Source: Alphaproteobacteria bacterium UBA3773 (GTDB lineage: Bacteria; Pseudomonadota; Alphaproteobacteria; RF32; CAG-239). Taken from it: 64,000 nt of DNA. This document shows positions 20,410 through 28,385 of the stretch, piece after piece. The position numbers and the translations under genes are program-made. Where the stretch lies: the NCBI GenBank assembly GCA_002372275.1, contig DFFP01000025.1:2157-66156 (forward strand), given 5' to 3'. The number at the start of each line of letters is the position of its first letter. The stretch's first letter is position 1. The notes under the pieces are model-generated. The model had not been told where the DNA came from, made no database searches, and worked only from the letters and a program-made list of their open reading frames with translations.

Positions 20410-21177
20410 TTATATTTCTCCTTCTCTTTTTAAAACTTCTTTTGCTAAACTTAAATAACTTTGTGCACCGACACTTTTTAAATCATAAAACAAAATCGGT
20501 TTACCATGTGACGGTGCTTCGGCGATACGAACCGATCTCGGAATAACTGTTTGATAAACAAAATTTTTAAAATGTGCGCGCACATCTTTTTCAATCATCA
20601 AACATAAATTATTCCGCTTATCAAACATCGTGAGTACAATTCCCTGAATTTTAAGTGTCGGGTTAAACGTTCTTTTCACGCGTTCAATATTACGCATCAG
20701 ATCCGCTAACCCCTCTAAAGCCAAAAATTCGCATTGAAGAGGAATCAAAATTGAATTTGCAGCGCAAAGGGCATTTACAGTGAGCAAATTGAGTGACGGT
20801 GGACAATCTATCAAAAAATAGTCAAAATCGCTCTCTACGGCCCTTAAAACGGCTTTTAATATTTTTTCACGTTCCGGCGTGTTAATCAGCTCAATTTCGG
20901 CTGCGGCTAAATCAGGTTTTGCCGGTACCATCCAGAAGTTCGGAATAAAAGTTTGCACCAATGATTCGCTGACAGGTATGTTGTTAACTAAGATATCATA
21001 TGTCGAAAATTTCAAACTGTTTTTATCAATCCCTAGTGAAGTTGTGGCATTTCCCTGCGGATCTAAATCAAGCAGTGCAACTTTTTTACCAATCGCTGCC
21101 ATAGATGTTGCGATATTAATCGCCGTTGTTGTTTTTCCGACGCCGCCTTTTCTGTTTGTAACCGCAATAACTTTCAC
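20410..21177 (-). CDS. parA: Chromosome partitioning ATPase ParA/Soj
   Basis: Deviant Walker A NRKGGVGKTTTAINIA. DLDPQGNAT. Confidence 0.95.
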   Translation of the reverse strand: MKVIAVTNRKGGVGKTTTAINIATSMAAIGKKVALLDLDPQGNATTSLGIDKNSLKFSTYDILVNNIPVSESLVQTFIPNFWMVPAKPDLAAAEIELINTPEREKILKAVLRAVESDFDYFLIDCPPSLNLLTVNALCAANSILIPLQCEFLALEGLADLMRNIERVKRTFNPTLKIQGIVLTMFDKRNNLCLMIEKDVRAHFKNFVYQTVIPRSVRIAEAPSHGKPILFYDLKSVGAQSYLSLAKEVLKREGEI

Positions 21178-21806
21178 TTTAATTTTCCTTTTCTTTTTTT
21201 AAGTTCCGTTATTTTTAAGACAACACCATCATCTGAGGTTGAACTTTGAATTGTTTCATATTTGAAAGACCAATGTTTTTGTGCTTCATTTAATTCTTCA
21301 TTATATGACTGACCTTTCAGCAAATAGAACACTGTTTTTTTATCGGCAAGCAAATAAGACAGCTCAAAAAGTTTATCAAGAGCGGCCACAGCTCTTGCCG
21401 TGATGATGTCAGCCGGTTTTAGTTTTAGACTTTCTGATCTTGCGTTCAAAATTTCTACATTTTTAAGGTTCAGTCGTTCTTTGACATCATTTAAATACAG
21501 CGTTTTTTTTGTGATACTTTCAATTAAATGAAAGCGTGTCGCGAGATGATTTGTTTGCGCAGCAATTGCCAAAACGATTGCCGGAAATCCGGCACCCGAG
21601 CCAATATCATAAACATTTTGAACGCTGTTGTTGATGTATCTGAAAAGTTGATATGAATCGGCAATATGTCTTGTCCAAATTTCATTCATAGATTTCGGAC
21701 TGACAAGATTCATTTTGTTTTGCCATTCTGTTAAAACGGAAACAAAATCCGATAATTTTAAAAATGTTTCACGTGAAACACTGTATTTTTTTTCAAAATT
21801 TTCCAT
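21174..21806 (-). CDS. rsmG: 16S rRNA (guanine527-N7)-methyltransferase
   Basis: VSRETF...L..W..K.NL, SAM motif DIGSGAGFPAIVLAI. 4-nt overlap with parA. Confidence 0.9.
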   Translation of the reverse strand: MENFEKKYSVSRETFLKLSDFVSVLTEWQNKMNLVSPKSMNEIWTRHIADSYQLFRYINNSVQNVYDIGSGAGFPAIVLAIAAQTNHLATRFHLIESITKKTLYLNDVKERLNLKNVEILNARSESLKLKPADIITARAVAALDKLFELSYLLADKKTVFYLLKGQSYNEELNEAQKHWSFKYETIQSSTSDDGVVLKITELKKRKGKLK

Positions 21807-21946
21807 GACTCCTTTATATAATAAAATAACATTTTTTAAAACTCTAAATAGAAGTTATGAACAATGTTCATTTATTTTTGAACAGTGTTCATTTTTTTAT
21901 TTTGTTTTTTATTGTTTTGTGATATTTCTTTTTTAGGAGAAGAACA

Positions 21947-22684
21947 GTGTTTTCATTTCTATCAAAAATTCAAAATTTTATCATCAAGCATTTATATGGT
22001 ATTTTTGCACTATGTGCACTTTTTGTGTTTTTCTATCCGCAATATTTAAGGTCATTGTTTTATCCTTATATTTTAGGTCTGCCGACGGAAGAAACACTCG
22101 AAATTTCGCAACATGACAGTATTGAAAATGTAACATTGGATTCGTTTTTATATGAAAATGGTAATGAGCCTGTTATTTTAACACCAAAAGCGATATATCG
22201 CGTCACAGCTCGTATTCTTGATTTAGAGCGTTATGACACACTGTTTGAAAGGTTTTATCACGGGTATGATAAAGGACGTATGCTTTATAACAGCTTTGCG
22301 CCTCTTGATTTGGTTTTAGGTTTTTCGGACATGGCAAAGCCTGAAATTTTAAAGCACTACAAATTTGAACATCAATGGCGCGGATCAATACCTAAATGTT
22401 ATCCTTGTGACGGAAATCCACAAGAAAATATGAATAACTATCATATTATACCGGCAAGTGACGCTGTTAGAAAAGCCTTTGAAATGGTCATTAAAGGCGA
22501 AACCATACACCTGGAAGGTTATCTAGTTGATGTTCAGGCCAAAAATATACCCCATTTTAAGCTACATACGGGACTATTGCATGGCTCGTTTCATGATGAT
22601 CAGCTTTTAGGTGGTCGAACAACAGGTATGTGCTTTATTTTATATGTCACAGAAATGACATATAGGGGTAGGGTATATCGCTAA
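21947..22684 (+). CDS. Hypothetical N-terminally membrane-anchored protein
   Basis: A single N-terminal TM segment (LYGIFALCALFVFFYP). No recognised motifs. Opposite strand to both flanking core genes. Confidence 0.45.
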   Translation: MFSFLSKIQNFIIKHLYGIFALCALFVFFYPQYLRSLFYPYILGLPTEETLEISQHDSIENVTLDSFLYENGNEPVILTPKAIYRVTARILDLERYDTLFERFYHGYDKGRMLYNSFAPLDLVLGFSDMAKPEILKHYKFEHQWRGSIPKCYPCDGNPQENMNNYHIIPASDAVRKAFEMVIKGETIHLEGYLVDVQAKNIPHFKLHTGLLHGSFHDDQLLGGRTTGMCFILYVTEMTYRGRVYR

Positions 22685-22693
22685 AATACTTTG

Positions 22694-23512
22694 TTATAAT
22701 GAAAATCGTTTAGCGTGTAAGTTATTAAGATATTGATCAGCGGATTCAAATTCAAAACACATTTCGTTTGTTTGATGTGAATCATCGCTGATTAAAAGGG
22801 AAATATCTGACTGAATAAGTTTTTCCAGAATACTTTGTGCGGGGTAAAAACCGTTTGAACGTCTTAAACCCTTTGTATTCAGCTCGCATGCCGTATTTGT
22901 TTCTTTTAAGGCTCTGATCACATTTTCTATTTCATTATGAAAATCGGTTTCGTGATATGAAGAAATTTTTTTAACATAATCCATATGTGCTAAAAATGTA
23001 AAAAATCCGGAGCGGATGGCTTTTTCCATTGTTTCAAAATGGCGCTGAATGGATATTTTTATCGGCTCGTTTATATCTTCGTTTGGATTTTTAGCAATAT
23101 AGGTCATATCTTCAATGTATTCGCCTGTTTTATCCATTAAAAAGTGATTTCCGTTAATCAGATAATCGTAATCTATTTTTTTTAAGAAGTCAGACATTTC
23201 ATCGTGCCAGCCGTCATAAATAAAATAGTCTGTTTCAAACCCTACTTTAATTTTTATTTGATGTTCTTTTTGGAGGCGGCGAAGTTCTTCAATATGTTTT
23301 GAACACCGTTCATACGCATCCTTAAAATTTGAAAAAGTCATCTTTTGTAAAAACGGATAGTTCTTTGTTTGAGCAATGTTTTTATGAACGATTAAATGGT
23401 CGGAAATTCCGATTTCAAAAAGCCCTAAACGTTCGGCCTGTTCAATCATTTCATTTGCCGTATTTTTACCGTCTGAAAAGGTTGTATGCGTATGATACGA
23501 AAAGCGTTGCAA
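22694..23512 (-). CDS. PHP-family phosphatase (HisJ-type histidinol-phosphatase-like)
   Basis: N-terminal YHTHTTFSDG, GISDH, later FLAHMDY: the metal-ligand pattern of the PHP fold. Confidence 0.72.
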   Translation of the reverse strand: MQRFSYHTHTTFSDGKNTANEMIEQAERLGLFEIGISDHLIVHKNIAQTKNYPFLQKMTFSNFKDAYERCSKHIEELRRLQKEHQIKIKVGFETDYFIYDGWHDEMSDFLKKIDYDYLINGNHFLMDKTGEYIEDMTYIAKNPNEDINEPIKISIQRHFETMEKAIRSGFFTFLAHMDYVKKISSYHETDFHNEIENVIRALKETNTACELNTKGLRRSNGFYPAQSILEKLIQSDISLLISDDSHQTNEMCFEFESADQYLNNLHAKRFSL

Positions 23513-23515
23513 AGA

Positions 23516-25363
23516 CTATCTCCTGATATAACCTAAAATTGCCGTAATCGCGGCCGGCGTCATTCCCGGAATACGTGAAGCTTCGCCAATAGTTGACGGT
23601 CTGACCTTTTCAAGCTTTGAGGTGATTTCACGCGATAATCCGCCGATTTTTTGATAATCGATATCTTCTCTGATTTGAAGCTCTTCATCTTTTTTGAAAA
23701 CTTCGATATCGGCCATTTGTCGTTTCATATAACCGCTGTATGTTGATTCGATTTCAATTTGTTCAATAACTTTTGAGTCAAACTCATTGATTTTCGGAAA
23801 TATTTCTTTTAATGTTTCACGTGAAACATTGTTAAATCCCATTAAATTAAAAAGCGTTTTTTGCGTTCCGTCATGATTGATTGTCACCCCGAAATCATGA
23901 AGTGCGGCATAATTTAGTTTTTCGCTTAAAGTATATTCTCGAAGTTTATCAATTTGATTTTTCTTTTTTGTAAAAGATTGATAACGCGCGCTACCTACAA
24001 CACCGATTTGATGTCCTTTTTCGGTTAATCTCAAATCAGCGTTATCTGCTCTTAAATAAAGGCGATATTCAGAGCGCGAGGTAAACATACGATAAGGTTC
24101 ATCAACGCCTTTTGTGATTAAATCATCGACCATGACGCCGATATATCCTTCCGAGCGGTCAATTGTGAAAGTGCGTCCCTTGTTTTCAGCAGAAAGTGCC
24201 GCATTAATGCCGGCAAGCAAACCTTGCGCAGCGGCTTCTTCGTAGCCTGTTGTGCCGTTAATTTGACCGGCTAAAAAGAGGTGAGGGACTTTTTTAACTT
24301 CTAAGCGAGAATTAAGCTCTTGCGGATTGACATAATCATATTCAATCGCATAGGCGTAGCGCAAAATTTCGACATCTTCCAAGCCTTTCATTGTGTGAAT
24401 AAAGGCATCTTGCACATCAGCAGGCAACGAGGTTGAAATACCGTTGGGGTAAATCACGTTTGTATTGTAGCCCTCGGGCTCTAAAAAGATTTGGTGCGAT
24501 GTTCGATCGGCAAATTTAACGAGTTTATCTTCAATAGAGGGACAATATCTCGGGCCGACACCTGTGATTAAACCGGAGAAAAGAGCACATTTTGAAAAAT
24601 TGTCGCGGATGATTTGATGGGTTTTTTCGTTTGTGTGAGTGACAAAACAATCAATTTGTTTGTTTGTGATTTTATCTGTTAAAAAAGAAAAAGGTTCCGG
24701 TTTTTCATCTCCGCTTTGACGTTCCAGCTCATCAAAATGAATGGTATCTGCATTTAAGCGGGCAGGGGTTCCGGTTTTTAAGCGACCGAGCGAAAGGTTG
24801 AGCTCTTTTAAGGATTCGGTTATACCATGACAAGCCGGTTCACCGATTCGGCCGCCAATGGTTGTTTGATGACCCGTAAACATCACACCGTTTAAAAATG
24901 TGCCCGTTGTTAAAACAAGAGCAGAACATAAGATTGTTTCACCCGTTGCAAGAACCACCCCGCAAACACCGTTTGGATCAGAACAAATTTTTTGAACTTC
25001 GCCTTCAATGATTGTTAAATTTTGGGTGTTTTGTAATGCCTCAAGCATATATTTTTTATAAAGTTCACGATCTGCTTGCGCACGCGGTCCGCGAACGGCT
25101 GGCCCTTTGGATAAGTTCAGCATACGAAATTGAATACCGGCCTTGTCAATCACTTTTCCCATTAAGCCGTCGAGCGCATCGACTTCGCGTACCAAATGAC
25201 CTTTGCCGAGGCCACCGATAGAGGGGTTGCACGACATTTCACCGATATTGCCGATTTTATAAGTAATTAAAGCGGTATGCGCACCCATGCGTGCGCTGGC
25301 TGAGGCAGCTTCAACACCGGCATGACCGGCGCCGACCACGATAACATCAAATTTTTGTTGCAT
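23516..25363 (-). CDS. mnmG: tRNA uridine 5-carboxymethylaminomethyl modification enzyme MnmG (GidA)
   Basis: [23 protein letters not shown] motif (ATG at 25363; the ORF extends to 25429). [36 protein letters not shown]. Confidence 0.97.
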   Translation of the reverse strand: MQQKFDVIVVGAGHAGVEAASASARMGAHTALITYKIGNIGEMSCNPSIGGLGKGHLVREVDALDGLMGKVIDKAGIQFRMLNLSKGPAVRGPRAQADRELYKKYMLEALQNTQNLTIIEGEVQKICSDPNGVCGVVLATGETILCSALVLTTGTFLNGVMFTGHQTTIGGRIGEPACHGITESLKELNLSLGRLKTGTPARLNADTIHFDELERQSGDEKPEPFSFLTDKITNKQIDCFVTHTNEKTHQIIRDNFSKCALFSGLITGVGPRYCPSIEDKLVKFADRTSHQIFLEPEGYNTNVIYPNGISTSLPADVQDAFIHTMKGLEDVEILRYAYAIEYDYVNPQELNSRLEVKKVPHLFLAGQINGTTGYEEAAAQGLLAGINAALSAENKGRTFTIDRSEGYIGVMVDDLITKGVDEPYRMFTSRSEYRLYLRADNADLRLTEKGHQIGVVGSARYQSFTKKKNQIDKLREYTLSEKLNYAALHDFGVTINHDGTQKTLFNLMGFNNVSRETLKEIFPKINEFDSKVIEQIEIESTYSGYMKRQMADIEVFKKDEELQIREDIDYQKIGGLSREITSKLEKVRPSTIGEASRIPGMTPAAITAILGYIRR

Positions 25364-25858
25364 ATTATTATCCTTTGAAAATGTTTGTACTATACGCCCA
25401 CATATTAAAAATTCAAGAAAAAAAGTCATTCCAAAGCAGTATTGTATGGTGTATAATGCTTTTTAATGAATCTAAGATGATTTTTACTTGCATTAATAGA
25501 AAAAGTGTGAGATAATTTTAAAAGATAGAGAAAGAATTTCTTTATCGAGTGCCTGAAATGAGGCGCGGAGCTTTAACGAGCTTTTTATACCGAGCAGTGA
25601 TGGATAACACTGCAAGTTGTGCTGTCCTTTTTTATTTTAAAGGATTGCATTTTATCCCCGATTTATCTTTGGTTCGGGGAGTCCGTGACGAATGTTCAAG
25701 ATTTATCTAAAGGTCACGGAAGTCATTTCTCGGTATATGATTCGTTAACTCTCCGACCGCTTTTTTCAAAGGCGGTTTTTTAATTGGATTAATTTATTGT
25801 CACCCTCTATGTGTCTCCCCTTTTCTGGGGGAGAGGAAATGGATAAAGGAGAAAGATT

Positions 25859-26713
25859 ATGAAAATAAATCGAGTTTTAATTACTGGAATTATTGCGATA
25901 ATTTTTGTATTTCCATGCGTTGTTTCGGCAGAGACAGGTACGTGTGGTTCAAATGCAACAGCAACTTGTATATGGGAAACGATTGTTTTGCCAAATGGGG
26001 AAAAACAGCTTGTTATTTCACGCGAAGGAACGGGAAATGTGGCTTTAAATACTAAAACAAAGCCTTGGGGCTCAGGAATATCGGAAATTGTCATTAAGGA
26101 GGGAATAAACAAGATAAAAGAATGGGCTTTTGATGAGCAAAAAGGTGTAAAATCAGTTAATATGAGTGAGGCTAAAGATTTAACAACCATAGAACGAGCA
26201 ACTTTTTCAAATATTCCATCGTTAAAAACGGTTATAATGCCAGAAAATCTCACTTCTGTATATTATGATCGAAATAATGATTTTAATAATCATCTTTTTA
26301 TACGCTCCGGTATAGAAAAGATATACTGTACAGCTTCACAAATGACTGGAGCTTGCTCCAAATTAGCTGCAGATTATAATGTGCAAAAATATGCGCAGGA
26401 TGGAAATTATTATATTGTTTATGATAATGAGGATAATATTTCGGCAATTTTCGATAGCTCAAGTGATTTTCAGCATAATAAAGTATCAGATGGTTCATAT
26501 ACAAAAAAAGACGAAAATGAAAAGCCTATTGCTCAATATGATGGTAGGGGAAATGTTATTGCTGCGTATTCATATAACAACGACGGGTCGGTTTCGATAT
26601 ATGACGCGAATGGAAAGTTGATTGGTTTGCAGGGAAAACGCATTTTAACCGTTGATGAAGCGTCGGCACTTGTGAAAGATAACAAGAATACGTTCACATT
26701 AAAGTATCGGTAG
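25859..26713 (+). CDS. Exported Cys-rich BspA-type LRR / YD-like repeat protein with conserved C-terminal tail (paralogue B)
   Basis: Signal peptide MKINRVLITGIIAIIFVFPCVVSA. TGTCGSNATATCIW. LRR_5-like IVIKEGINKIKEWAF / TTIERATFSNIPSLKTVIMPENL. YD-like repeats. Tail GKRILTVDEASALVKDNKNTFTLKYR. Confidence 0.75.
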   Translation: MKINRVLITGIIAIIFVFPCVVSAETGTCGSNATATCIWETIVLPNGEKQLVISREGTGNVALNTKTKPWGSGISEIVIKEGINKIKEWAFDEQKGVKSVNMSEAKDLTTIERATFSNIPSLKTVIMPENLTSVYYDRNNDFNNHLFIRSGIEKIYCTASQMTGACSKLAADYNVQKYAQDGNYYIVYDNEDNISAIFDSSSDFQHNKVSDGSYTKKDENEKPIAQYDGRGNVIAAYSYNNDGSVSIYDANGKLIGLQGKRILTVDEASALVKDNKNTFTLKYR

Positions 26714-26718
26714 AATAA

Positions 26719-27010
26719 GGAATGGATTGCGACGCACTGCGTGCTCGCAATGACGGGTTAAGGGTAAGGAATGGATTCTTCGCTAGCGCTCTTAAATGAC
26801 AATTGTTTTTTATAAGGAATGGATTCTTCGGCCTAAAGGCTTTTGGATAATGTTTTTTTAGACCCCTAACTCGTGCGATTATATCGCACTCAGGGGTGAC
26901 AGGAAAGAGGAATGGACCCAGACATCGGACGAACTTCTCCTCTTAGGTGACGGTCTTATGAGATGACTGACATTTTGCTATTTGCAAAGCAGGCATGACA
27001 GAAAGAGCAG
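26719..27010 (+). repeat. Cluster of short palindromic REP/MITE-like elements 3' of paralogue B
   Basis: GGAATGGATTGCGACGCACTGCGTGCTCGCAATGACGG (26719-26757). GGAATGGATTCTTCGCTAGCGCTCTTAAATGAC (from 26768). GGAATGGATTCTTCGGCCTAAAGGC... (from 26816). CCCCTAACTCGTGCGAT-TAT-ATCGCACTCAGGGGTGACAGG (about 26863-26905). GGAATGGACCCAGACATCGG... (from 26909). Confidence 0.75.
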
Positions 27011-27021
27011 AAAAATAGGGC

Positions 27022-28368
27022 TTATTTACCGATACAGAAACTGCCGAAAATTTTATCTAAAATTTCACCGACTTCAATTTGTCCCGTGATTTTGCCGATG
27101 GCACGGGCGGCAAGGCGTATATCTTCGGCAGAAAGCTCGATTTCTTTTTCAAAATTAAAGTTTTCAAGGTTTTTCAAACATTCCGTTAAGGCTTCGCGAT
27201 AACGTGCGCGTGTCATAAGCGCGCTTGTGTTGGAGCCGATATTTTCTTTAATAAAAGCTCCTATTGAAGAAAATAATTCATTGATACCTGCGTTTGTTTT
27301 GGAAGAGAGGCACAAAATGTTTTTATTTTCAAATTCAGAACACTGTTCAGGTGTTATTTTATCGGCTTTTGAGGCAATAAGCCACAGGTTGTTCGGATGC
27401 TTTCTTTTTAAGGCGTTAAAAATATCGGGCTCTGTATCAGAGGCATCAAAAAGCGCTAAAATTAAGTCAGCCTCATCTATTTTTTCACGTGCCAGTTCAA
27501 TTCCTTCTTTTTCAATCGGATTGTTTGTTTCGCGAATGCCTGCCGTATCGGTTAAAATAACGGGATACCCGTTAACATCAAGCCTGATGTCAACAGCATC
27601 TCGGGTGGTGCCCGGAATATCTGACACAATAACGGCTTTGCGCTCGGTGATTGCATTGATAAGGCTTGATTTTCCGGCATTTGTCGGACCAGTGATAACA
27701 ATATGAAAACCATCTCTTAAACGTTCGCCGAAACGAGATGTTTTAAGGTGTTCTTTAATTTCAGATTTCAGTTTTGAAACATTATCTGAAATTTGATTGG
27801 TTAATTCTTTAGGTAATTCTTCTTCCGGAAAATCAATATAAGCTTCTAAATAAGCTTCAATATTTAATAGCCTCTCACGCCAAGAAGAATAAAGATTGTG
27901 CAAAGTGCCCGAAATTTGACGCAAGGCTTGTTTTTGTTGTTCGCGTGTTTCAGAATCGATCAAATCGGCCAAACCCTCAGCCTCGGTTAAATCCATTTTT
28001 TGATGATAAAAAGCGCGGCGCGAAAATTCACCGGGTTCGGCAAGACGAAAATTTTCAAACTTTGCAAGGGCTTCTAATATGGAAGATATTACAGCGCGCG
28101 AACCGTGGCACTGAATTTCGACAATATCTTCACCCGTAAACGAATGAGGCGCCTTAAAATAAAGAACAAGTGCCTGATCTAAAACCTCTTTTGTCAGAGG
28201 CGAAATGATAGGTGAAAAATAAGCATATCTTTCTTTGATTAAATGCGTGTCAATCGTTGTCATTTGAGAAATCACATCAATGGCATTATCGCCCGAAACA
28301 CGAATAACAGCCACGCCTGATTTGCCGTAAACAGTTGAAAGTGCGTATATTGTTTGTTTTAAATTCAT
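27022..28368 (-). CDS. mnmE: tRNA modification GTPase MnmE (TrmE)
   Basis: TIYALSTVYGKSGVAVIRVSG, G-domain GPTNAGKSSLINA / DTAGIR, C-terminal FCIGK. Confidence 0.96.
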   Translation of the reverse strand: MNLKQTIYALSTVYGKSGVAVIRVSGDNAIDVISQMTTIDTHLIKERYAYFSPIISPLTKEVLDQALVLYFKAPHSFTGEDIVEIQCHGSRAVISSILEALAKFENFRLAEPGEFSRRAFYHQKMDLTEAEGLADLIDSETREQQKQALRQISGTLHNLYSSWRERLLNIEAYLEAYIDFPEEELPKELTNQISDNVSKLKSEIKEHLKTSRFGERLRDGFHIVITGPTNAGKSSLINAITERKAVIVSDIPGTTRDAVDIRLDVNGYPVILTDTAGIRETNNPIEKEGIELAREKIDEADLILALFDASDTEPDIFNALKRKHPNNLWLIASKADKITPEQCSEFENKNILCLSSKTNAGINELFSSIGAFIKENIGSNTSALMTRARYREALTECLKNLENFNFEKEIELSAEDIRLAARAIGKITGQIEVGEILDKIFGSFCIGK

Positions 28369-28385
28369 TTTTTTCTCTATAAGGT

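Noticed and set aside
25430-25858. tmRNA (including the two-piece alphaproteobacterial form), SRP RNA, RNase P RNA or 6S RNA in the mnmG-downstream intergenic region; the same was considered for 6341..6628
   Set aside because: I found no GGUUCGA-type T-loop with a CCA end, no plausible tag ORF ending in (L/V)AA-stop, no SRP domain-IV GGAA/AGCA motif and no GAGGAAAGUCC. Only generic hairpins are present, so no named RNA gene was called.
25807-26253. 148-aa minus-strand ORF overlapping the start of paralogue B
   Set aside because: It is antisense to a gene with a clear signal peptide, family-wide homology and an SD. It has no start context of its own.
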